Source: a virus
Virus record (IMG/VR): IMGVR_UViG_3300045125_000158
Span: 54,618-118,617 of that record
Strand: one strand, 5' to 3'
DNA length: 64,000 nucleotides
Shown here: positions 51,442-62,092 of the stretch, one piece after another
How the letters are laid out: each line of letters opens with the position of its first letter
How positions within the stretch are numbered: position 1 is the stretch's first letter
Notes under the pieces: generated by a model
Seen by the model: the letters and a program-made list of their open reading frames with translations, nothing else
The model's database searches: none
Told to the model about the DNA's origin: nothing
Program-made: the position numbers and the translations under genes

Positions 51442-54400
51442 TTATCTGAAACCACGATATGCGTAAATTTTGGCTGCCGCAGCAATGACAGGAGACGAAG
51501 AAGCTGCAGTACCGCTAAAGCCTGAAGTGCCTGAATAGCCACTATATCCTGATATGCCTGAATATCCGCTATAACCGCTGTTTCCTGAATAACCAGAGTA
51601 ACCTGACATGCCAGAATAACCAGAATAACCAGAATAACCTGAAGTACCTCCTCCTCCACCGCCCGTACCACTGTAACCGCTGTACCCGCTATCTCCAGCT
51701 CGGGTAAAACTAACTTCATAAATATCATATGTAGGCGACCCTCCATTAGATACGTTAGTGACAAAAGAATGCAAAGTGATTTGTGTATCCAGAGGCGTTA
51801 GTTATATTAAAGAATGAAAATTTTGTTTGATCAAATCTATTTACAAAATTTAAACTACCTTTACTGAATTAGTGCTATCATCCCAAGTTGATAGCCAGCC
51901 TGATAGGTTTCTATTCAAATAATCAGTCTTATTTATAACTATCCAAGTTGGTGTCGTGAGATTTCCAGTACTAGTAGTGAAAAATGTACTGCCGGGATCG
52001 TCTGATGGATTCAAAACAAGGCTATCGCTAAATTCATAAAGTGTGGTATTAGCACCTAAGCCTTTATATCCACTGTAACCAGAATTTCCTGAATATCCAC
52101 TGTACCCGCTGCGTCCGGAATAACCAGAATAACCACTGAAACCCGAAATTCCACTATAACCCGAATATCCGCTAAAGCCTGAAACACCACTATAACCTGA
52201 GTAACCACTAAATCCACTTATTCCTGAATAACCACTATATCCGCTAAATCCTGAAATTCCTGAATATCCAGAATATCCACTGAATCCTGACGGCCCACTA
52301 TAGCCCGAATAGCCACTTCTGCCACTATAACCCGAATATCCACTAAATCCTGATATGCCTGAATATCCTGAATACCCACTAAAGCCTGAAATACCAGAAT
52401 ATCCTGAATAACCACTAAACCCACTTATTCCTGAATAACCACTATATCCGCTAAAGCCAGAAATACCTGAATAACCACTATAGCCACTGAATCCTGAAGA
52501 GCCACTGTATCCAGAATAACCACTAAAACCTGATACGCCACTATAAGCTGAATAACCACTAAAATCCGCTTATACCTGAATAGCCACTATATCCACTAAA
52601 TCCAGATATACCTGAGTAGCCACTATAACCGCTAAACCCTGATATTCCTGAGTAACCAGAATATCCACTAAAACTCACTTATGCCACTATAACCAGAGTA
52701 ACCAGCTAAATCCACTAATTCCTGAATAACCAGAGTATCCACTAAAACCCGAAATGCCTGAATATCCTGAATAACCACTGAATCTGAAGGTCCACTAACC
52801 AGAATATCCACTGAAACCTGATAGGCCTGAATATCCAGAATAACCACTGAATCCACTGATGCCTGAATATCCAGAATAACCGGATCTGCCTGAATATCCA
52901 CTATATCCGCTGAAGCCTGATATTCCAGAATAACCCGAATAACCACTAAACCCTGAGATTCCTGAATATCCACTGTAACCACTGAATCCTGAAATTCCTG
53001 AATATGCAGAGTACCCACTAAGTCCTGAAACACCGCTGTAGGCGGAATAACTTCACTTAATCCCAGATGTTCCTAGAATAGCCTGGACTAGCCACTAGAG
53101 CCCTGAAATTCCTGAATAGCCCAGAATCATCCTTTGAGGCCTGATGGCCAAGAATAACCCGAATAACTTTCACTGAGCCTGACAAGGTTCACTGAATACT
53201 CCACCGTAACCACTAAATCCCTTGAAATTCCTGAATATGCGATGGTACCACCAAATCCTGACAGCACCGCTGTAAGCGGAATATTCCCACCAATCAGATG
53301 TTACCTGAATAACACTGAACCAGCCACTAAAGCCTGAAATTCCTGAATAACCAGAATATCCGCTGAATCCATGATATTCCAGAATAGCCTGAATATCCAC
53401 TGAATCCAGAAATACCACTATAACCTGAATATCCGCTGAATCCTGATATTCCAGAATAGCCTGAATATCCACTGAATCCAGAAATACCACTATAACCTGA
53501 ATATCCGCTGAAGCCTGATATTCCAGAATAACCCGAATAACCACTTCTTCCACTATAACCAGAATACCCGCTATCTCCAGCTCTTGTAAAGCTTACTTCA
53601 TAAATACCATACGTTCCTGTTGATACGTTTGCATTTGCAGTATTAGTGACCCATACAGTTGAAGTGATTTGTATAACCAGACACTGCTGTTATATTGAAG
53701 AAGAGAACTTAGTTTGATCATCACGATAAACAACATTAAGACTACCTTCAATTGGATTGGTACTAGATCCCCAAGTAGCTAACCAACCTGATAAATTTCT
53801 ATTCAAATAATCAGTATTGCTTATAGAAATCCATGTTGGATTCGAAAACAAACCTGTGTTTGGGTTAATTAAAGTACTTCCTGGATTTTGACTGGGATCT
53901 ACAAAAATAATATCAGTAAATTCATATAAAGTTGTATTTGCACCTAAGCCTTTATATCCACTATAGCCGGAAACGCCAGAATATCCACTATAACCACTTC
54001 TACCACTATATCCTGAATAGCCGCTGAAGCCTGAAATTCCAGAATATCCTGAATAACCACTGAGGCCGCTTATACCCGAATATCCGCTATATCCGCTAAA
54101 ACCAGAAATACCTGAATAACCACTATAACCACTAAATCCCGAAGAACCCTGTATCCAGAATAACCACTAAAACCTGATACTCCACTATAAGCCGAATATC
54201 CACTAAATCCGCTTATACCTGAATAGCCACTGTAGCCACTAAATCCGCTTATACCTGAATAGCCACTGTAGCCACTAAATCCGCTTATACCTGAATAGCC
54301 ACTGTAGCCACTAAATCCAGATATACCTGAATAGCCACTGTAACCGCTAAACCCTGATATTCCTGAATATCCACTGTATCCACTAAATCCTGAAATTCCT

Positions 54401-57400
54401 GAGTATGCAGAATATCCACTAAATCCTGAAATTCCAGAATAGCCACTATACCCGCTGAAACCTGATATGCCTGAGTAACCGCTATAACCGCTAAAGCCCG
54501 ATATACCTGAATATCCTGAATATCCACTAAATCCAGAAATTCCTGAATAGCCAGAATAACCGCTATAACCTGAAATACCACTATATCCAGAGTAACCGCT
54601 TATTCCGCTGTATCCTGAATATCCGCTAAAGCCAGAAATTCCACTATAGCCTGAATAGCCACTAAATCCCGATACACCAGAATAACCACTATAACCACTA
54701 CGACCACTATAGCCCGAATATCCGCTATCGCCAGCTCTTGTGAAACTTACTTCGTAGACATCATAATTAGCTGTTCCAACATTAGCATTTGCTGTGTTAG
54801 TAACCCATACAGTGAAGTGATTTGTATACCCTGAAACTGCTGTTATATTAAAGAATGAGAATGTGGTTTGATCACTACGTAATACAAAATTAAGACTACC
54901 TTCAACTGAATTTGTACTTGCACCCCAAGTTGCTAGCCAGCCAGAAAGGTTTCTATTTAGATAGTCAGTTTTACTTATAGAGATCCATGTTGGATTCGAG
55001 AGAAGACCTGTACTTGGGACAAAAAGTTGACTACCAGGATCGGTTGTTGGATCAAATGAGAGAGTGTCTGAAAGATACCATAAGCTTGTATTAGCACCAA
55101 GACCTTTATAGCCACTATAACCAGAAAATCCAGAATACCCACTAAATCCAGAGACACCAGAATAAGCAGAGTATCCTGATCTGCCAGAATATCCTGAATA
55201 CCCGCTGAATCCAGACAGTCCTGAATAGCCACTATAACCACCTAAATCCTGAAATTCCTGAATATCCAGAGTATCCACTAAATCCACTTATACCTGAATA
55301 GCCACTATACCCACTCAATCCTGATATTCCACTATATGCTGAATAACCACTAATTCCACTTATGCCTGAATAACCACTATATCCACTAAATCCAGATATA
55401 CCTGAATAGCCACTATAACCGCTAAACCCTGATATTCCTGAGTAACCAGAATATCCACTAAAACCACTTATGCCAGAATAGCCACTATATCCGCTAAATC
55501 CACTCGGTCCTGAATAGCCTGAATAACCACTGAATCCTGAAGGTCCACTGTAACCAGAATATCCACTGAAACCTGATAGGCCTGAATATCCACTATAACC
55601 ACTAAATCCTGATATTCCAGAATAACCTGAATAACCACTGAATCCACTGATGCCTGAATATCCAGAATAACCGGATCTGCCTGAATATCCACTATATCCG
55701 CTGAAGCCTGATATTCCAGAATATCCTGAATAACCACTAGATCCAGCAACGCCAGAGTACCCAGAATAGCCGCTAGTACCGCTATAACCAGAATATCCGC
55801 TATCGCCAGCTCTTGTATAACTTACTTCATAAATACCATATGTCGGTGTTCCAACATTAGCATTTGCAGTATTAGTAACCCATACAGTAAAGTGATTTGC
55901 ATACCCAGACACTGCTGTTATATTAAAGAAAGAGAACTTAGTTTGATCATCACGATAAACAACATTAAGACTACCTTCAATTGGATTTGTACTAGATCCC
56001 CAAGTAGCTAACCAACCTGACAAATTCCTATTTAAATAGTCAGTTTTGCTTATAGAAATCCATGTTGGATTCGAAAACAAACCTGTGTTTGGGTTGATAA
56101 AAGTACTTCCTGGATCAGTGCTTGGATCTACAAAGAAATTATCAGTAAATTCATATAATGTTGTATTAGCACCTAAACCTTTGTAACCGCTATATCCACT
56201 AAATCCGCTATAGCCACTTCTTCCTGAATATCCTGAATATGCACTGTAACCGGAAATGCCTGAATATCCAGAATAGCCACTAACGCCTGAAATTCCTGAA
56301 TAGCCACTATAACCGCTAAATCCAGATATTCCACTATATCCTGAATAGCCGCTAAATCCAGATATACCAGAATAGCCACTATATCCGCTAAATCCACTCG
56401 GTCCTGAATAGCCTGAATACCCGCTAAAACCTGATAATCCCGAGTATCCACTATATCCACTTCTACCTGAATAGCCTGAATATCCAGATGTACCAGATTC
56501 CCCATATGCAACTAATTCTGCACAAAAGTAGGTGCCTGTTGAATCAGATGTACCGCCATATTGAGCTTTTTGTGTTGAATCCGTATAGGCAGTAAAATCT
56601 ATATAATCTGTAGAACCATTCATGTAAATGAGCCTAGACGCATTTACGCTGTTTCCCGTAGATGTAAATAGTGGGCTTTGACTAATAGAAATTGTATTAT
56701 TATTTTTTCTTATCTGTATATTATTTTGACCAACAGTAGTAGCTGCAGCATCCCACCATATATTTAATAGCACCTGATAATAACCGGCGACAGTTGGAGT
56801 GAACTTATAATTAACCCCATCCCACCAATTCAGCGGATCAACAAAGTCAACAAATTGTAAAACCCTATCGGCACTTGCTGTTATTGTTTGATCCGCAGTA
56901 AGCTTGCCAACCACTACATAATTACTTGGAGCTAAAGTTGAAGCTGCACCTGAATAACCACTTATTCCTGAATAGCCACTGTAACCAGAAATGCCGCTGT
57001 AACCACTGTAACCTGATATCCCTGAATAACCACTATAACCAGAAATGCCGCTATAACCAGAATATCCCGACAACCCTAAGCCACTATAACCGCTATATCC
57101 ACTAAACCCACTTATACCACTATATCCAGAATAACCACTAGATCCTGATATGCCAGAGTATCCGGAATAGCCGCTAGTACCGCTATAGCCAGAATATCCA
57201 CTATCTCCAGCTCTTGTATAACTTACTTCATATATATCATAAGTTGGTGAACCACCGTTCGCCGTGTTTGTAACCAAACAGCAAAATGATTCGTATAACC
57301 TGAAACTGCTGTAATATTAAAGAACGAAAACTTTGTCTGATCAAAACGATTTACAAAATTAAGGCTGCCTTCAATTGGATTTGTACTCGCACCCCAAGTT

Positions 57401-59953
57401 GCTAGCCAGCCAGAAAGGTTTCGATTTAAATAATCGGTCTTGTTTATAACTATCCAGCTTGGAGATGTTAGATTTCCAGTACTAGTAGTGAAAAATGTAC
57501 CGCCGGGATCGTCTGATGGATTTAAAACAAGGCTATCAGTGAATTCATAAAGTGTGGTATTAGCACCTAAACCTTTATATCCACTAAATCCACTAAATCC
57601 ACTATAACCACTTCTACCAGAGTATGCGGAATAACCAGACAGCCCACTATATGCTGAGTAGCCAGATAAACCTGAAAATCCAGAATAACCACTCGATCCA
57701 GAAACGCCTGAGTATGCAGAATATCCGCTTAATCCTGAAAAACCAGAATAGCCACTTAAACCTGAATATGCAGAATATCCACTTAGCCCTATATAACCAC
57801 TATAACCACTTAATCCTATGTAACCGCTATATCCTGAAACTCCAGAGCCACTAAATCCCGAATATCCACTAAATCCGCTAGTACCGCTATAACCAGAATA
57901 TCCACTATCTCCAGTTCTTGTGAAACTTACTTCATAAATACCATATGTCGGTGTTCCAACATTAGCATTTGCAGTATTAGTAACCCATACAGTAAAGTGA
58001 TTTGCATACCCAGACACTGCTGTTATATTAAAGAAAGAGAACTTAGTTTGATCATCACGATAAACAACATTAAGACTACCTTCAATTGGATTTGTACTAG
58101 ATCCCCAAGTAGCTAACCAACCTGACAAATTCCTATTTAAATAGTCAGTTTTGCTTATAGAAATCCATGTTGGATTCGAAAACAAACCTGTGTTTGGGTT
58201 GATAAAAGTACTTCCTGGATCAGTGCTTGGATCTACAAAGAAATATATCAGTAAATTCATATAATGTTGTATTAACACCTGAAGCCTTCTGTAACCGCTA
58301 TAGCCGGAAACGCCAGAATAACCACTATAGCCACTAATCCTATGTAACCGCTATATCCTGAAACTCCAGAGCCACTAAATCCAGAATAACCACTATAACC
58401 ACTACGACCACTATAGCCAGAATATCCACTATCGCCAGCTCTTGTGTATAACTTACTTCATATATATCATATGTTGGCGAACCACCGTTTGCTATGTTTG
58501 TAACCCAAACAGCAAAGTGATTCGTATAACCTGAAACTGCTGTAATATTGAAGAACGAAAATTTTGTTTGATCAAAACGATTTACAAAATTAAGGCTGCC
58601 TTCAATTGGATTTGTACTGGCTCCCCATGTAGCTAACCAACCTGACAAATTCCTATTCAAATAATCAATCTTGTTTAGAACTATCCAAGATGGATTTGTG
58701 AAGTGTCGAATTATTGGTGGTTAAATAGGTACTACCAGGATCATCTGATGGATTTAAAACACTTACGTCAGTAAATTCGTATAGTGTTGTATTCGCACCG
58801 ATACCTTTATATCCACTATATCCAGAAGTACCAAAATAACCACTATAACCGCTTAAATCCATATAACCGCTATATCCTGAAACTCCAGAACCACTAAATC
58901 CTGAATATCCACTCTATGCAGAATAGCCACTAGGACCAGAATAACCGCTATATCCACTAGCAGAAGAATAACCACTATACCCACTAAATGAGGAAAAACC
59001 AGAATATCCACTCAATCCCAAACCACTATAACCAGAATAACCACTGAATGACCAAAACCAGAATATCCTGAATATCCACTGGCTCCATTTGATCCAATAA
59101 CTCCATTTATACCAGAAAATCCACTAAATCCTGAATATCCACTATATCCGCTCTGTGTGTACATTACTTGCTGTGCAGTAACAATTACTGAAGGAATATC
59201 TGGTCTTACGGGATTTGTTTTTACCAGTTTCAGCAAGCAACTGCATAGCAGAGTCAGGACTCGACCATGCTAATTCAATATAATCACCTGCATTCAACTC
59301 CAGCATCAAATTAAGAGCTGCTAGCACCTTTTCCATTATTGGCATGTACCATGATAATTGGTGTTGCTATTTGATATGTCACTATTCATTCAAACGAAAC
59401 CAAATATCAAAATCATCATCACCAGCGTCTGTTTTGTACAGCTGCATCGAAAATTGAATATTATAAACGCCTGGATATTGAAAAGTTAATTTAGTATCTA
59501 TCAACAATACTGACACCATGACTATCTGGATCAGTAGAACCAATATGAATAATATTTCTATATTGAGTTGCCTTCAGAATATCCACTATTCGTTTGTGTA
59601 TTTGTATCGTAGAAACGACTCCCCAATACCCTAAAACGCCACCAGTACCAGATGGCTCCACTATAGCCACTATAACCACTAAACCAGAATATCCACCGTC
59701 CACTATGGCTACTATAACCACTCAATCCTGAATAACCAGACACACCAGTGTAGCCACTGTAACCGGAATATCCACTAACTGAGCTGCCGCCCGAAGTTCC
59801 ATTTGCCTCTATGTAAGTTACTCTACTGGCTAATTCATCAAGAGCTAACTGTACGGTACCAGGAAGTGTTGTCCAATTAATAACCGTCGTAGGCAGAAAT
59901 GTAATTTCACTTGCCTTTAGATATCTGAGCAAATTACGCGGTACATATGGCAT
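51442..59953 (-). CDS. SGY-repeat fibre protein 1 (~2,800 aa) with seven copies of a ~115-aa spacer domain and two C1q/BclA-like domains
   Basis: Starts MPYVPRNLLRYLKASEITF, ends VIAAAAKIYAYRGFR. C1q-like KFTPTVAGYYQV...IYMNGSTDYI...TYFCAELV near 56500-56940; BclA-C-like YPGVYNIQFSMQL...LNAGDYIELAW near 59160-59620; many indels. Confidence 0.7.
51510..59780 (-). repeat. Interrupted (Ser-Gly-X)n tracts in fibre 1, with a dominant 12-aa super-repeat SGISGFSGYSGY
   Basis: ORFs 54070..55287 and 55232..57277 show serial SGISGFSGYSGY units; the longest tract spans about 52065-53575. Confidence 0.95.
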
Positions 59954-59972
59954 TTAAACTATTAATTCCATT

Positions 59973-60802
59973 TCATTTTTTTATTGCAAATTTACCTATT
60001 TCGTTATATAATATTTGTGGATTTTTAACATCAATTCCTTTACGACGCAGACTTTGGTATAACAAAATTCCAACCCCAGCAACTATTGCTGCATTGATAC
60101 TGCTTCCAGACATTTCAACAAATTGCGAATTTATATAAGTAGTTTCAAAATTTTGTTTTGGCAAAATAAGGCCTTTAAATTTATTATTATTTTTAATTGT
60201 TTGTATACCACTAAATTTTGTAGAATAACCAATTGAGAAAACTTCATCATATCTTGCTGGATACTGGACATCTCGGGTTTTAATCTCACAATTACCTGCT
60301 GCTGCAAACATTGCATATTCCAGCACGATGGGCCTTTTTATTACATCATGTAATCCATCATGCTCAGTTTGACACCAAACGACATTAATATCATATCAAC
60401 ATCTCTTACAATAGACCATAATATTGCTTCTATAACTGATTCTATCGTATTTACAGAATAATTGTCTTGTATTATTTTTGCAAAATAAAGATCAGTTTCA
60501 GTCGCCAATCCTGTAATTGCACTTTTATTATTTGCTGCAATGATTCCAGTTACTGCAGTAGAATGACCAAATGTGTCATAGACATTTTCAGTATCTGTAA
60601 AATTTTTACATTTATCTTCGTTGCATCGAATATCAATGTGTGACGGAAAGCCACTGTCAATTACGCATAGGCGAACGTGCTTGCCATCACCTTGTATGTT
60701 TTCAAATCCAAAATAGCTTGCCGAATACTGCGTTCTACGCAATACTTTACTTCGCACTTTGCTGATATCTATCTTGCTCTGTTTTATTTGGCCATAGTCC
60801 AT
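59973..60802 (-). CDS. Subtilisin-like serine protease (S8)
   Basis: Triad motifs CVIDSG (Asp), FGHSTAVTGIIAA (His), MSGSSINAAIVAG (Ser), oxyanion AAAGN, QYPARY; joins 60341..60832 and 59973..60326. Confidence 0.85.
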
Positions 60803-61538
60803 TGATGATCCTGTAGTGATTTCCCTTGCCAAAAAATTCTATATTATAATTCAAATTTTTAATATCCAAAAACTCTACATTTTTTCGCAAACAAATACCT
60901 GCATGCAAAGTAAACAAATCATCTGTTAGAATATTTAGAACATCTATTTATTTCATCAATTTTTTTACATAAATCATTTTTATTCGGCAAATAATAAACT
61001 TGCGACATATTTAATATAAGATTATCTTTTATATATTGTCGCAAATTTTTATCAACTATAGAAACGCCAGTATTTGTTTTGACTGTTTTGTTTTTAGGAT
61101 AATAACCAAGACTGTATATCCTTCTCCACGCCAGGTTTGATTTGCTAGTTTAAATAATATTTGAAAATAGGCACTTATCTGATTAAGGCCTTGTTATAGA
61201 ATATTTCATAAAATTCATTTGCATTTTGATCTAACGCAACAAACATCACCGTTTTTTTCAATAAACCCATATTTAAGGCTTGCTTTGTAAATTACTGCAA
61301 AAATTAGATGCTTGTATTGTTGGCGTAAAATTAATTACAATATCGAAATCATGCACCGCACTCGTATAGCCACTTATCACGTTAATATTCTTATTAAATC
61401 TTAACAAAAGATAACTTTGCTCTTCAACAAAAAGATTAATATCACAGCTCTGGATATAATCTTTTGTAAACACTTAATTAGACTAGTGGACGCTAGGACA
61501 AACCACGGTTGCTCAAAATTTAGAATAGCAATTTTCAT
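60747..61538 (-). CDS. GT9-like (heptosyltransferase-like) glycosyltransferase
   Basis: ATGA-coupled start MKIAILNFEQPWFVLASTSLIK; FDIVINF; C-terminal TDDLFTLHAGICLRKNVEFL...IEFFGKG; several indels, only 61273..61473 appears in the track. Confidence 0.5.
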
Positions 61539-62092
61539 GATCTATTTCTCTTAAAATTTGAAGCCTTACCAATGTCAATTTCTATAGGATCATCACCTAG
61601 AGTCTTCTCTACTGATTTATTGTGCCTTTTTGACTTTGCTATGTTTTCAACGTCTTTTCTGGCTTCAAGTTGCGATTTCTGATATTCATTGATTATTTCC
61701 ATATCACCACTTTTAATCGCGTCTTTGACCGATCTGCAATTATTAACGAAATTTTCTGGCAAATCGTCAATACATTTGAAATCATAAATACCTGAAAACA
61801 AATAATCTTTGCCCATGTAGTTAATATACATTTTTGTTTTCTTCGTATTATGCAAATACAAAATTCCATTTTCTATTTCAGTCTGGTCTCCAAGATAATT
61901 TTGCGTCAAAAAATTATCTTCAATCAATTGCACAATTTCATCGCCACCTGCTTCTATGTACTCGGTAACATATATGACTTCTTTGTTTGAAATCTCATCA
62001 TGTATGCTCTGTAAATCATTGATATCATATATTTTGACATCTTGATCGCATATTGTTACTGTTTTTTGTTTTGGATTTATCAAAACAATCAC
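61535..62092 (-). CDS. Hypothetical protein
   Basis: 185-aa ORF translationally coupled on both sides. Confidence 0.65.
   Translation of the reverse strand: MIVLINPKQKTVTICDQDVKIYDINDLQSIHDEISNKEVIYVTEYIEAGGDEIVQLIEDNFLTQNYLGDQTEIENGILYLHNTKKTKMYINYMGKDYLFSGIYDFKCIDDLPENFVNNCRSVKDAIKSGDMEIINEYQKSQLEARKDVENIAKSKRHNKSVEKTLGDDPIEIDIGKASNFKRNRS

Noticed and set aside
52560-53330. Apparently distinct sequence inside the longest fibre 1 tract (ORF 53170..53553 tail with Trp residues)
   Set aside because: It reads as SGY repeat with dense indels and substitutions, most likely a low-quality consensus segment
39333-56511. Long hydrophobic ORFs of the VVILDLVDIQ type (e.g. 39333..40115, 41859..42326, 43289..44044, 46339..47439) resembling membrane or leucine-rich proteins
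   Set aside because: They are the shifted reading frame of the SGY codons, open only because that frame rarely contains stops
55800-58660. Diversity-generating retroelement TR/VR pair suggested by near-identical ~350-bp repeats
   Set aside because: Both copies are in-frame coding domains, the differences do not look adenine-specific by eye, and no reverse transcriptase is present in the window
39360-59780. CRISPR array or satellite DNA
   Set aside because: The repeats have a 9-bp codon period with synonymous variation, no constant repeat/unique spacer structure, and no cas genes
16431-59953. Ice-nucleation protein (InaZ) or secreted serine-rich adhesin identity for the fibres
   Set aside because: No AGYGST octapeptide periodicity, signal peptide, LPxTG anchor or SecA2/SecY2 genes; only a compositional resemblance
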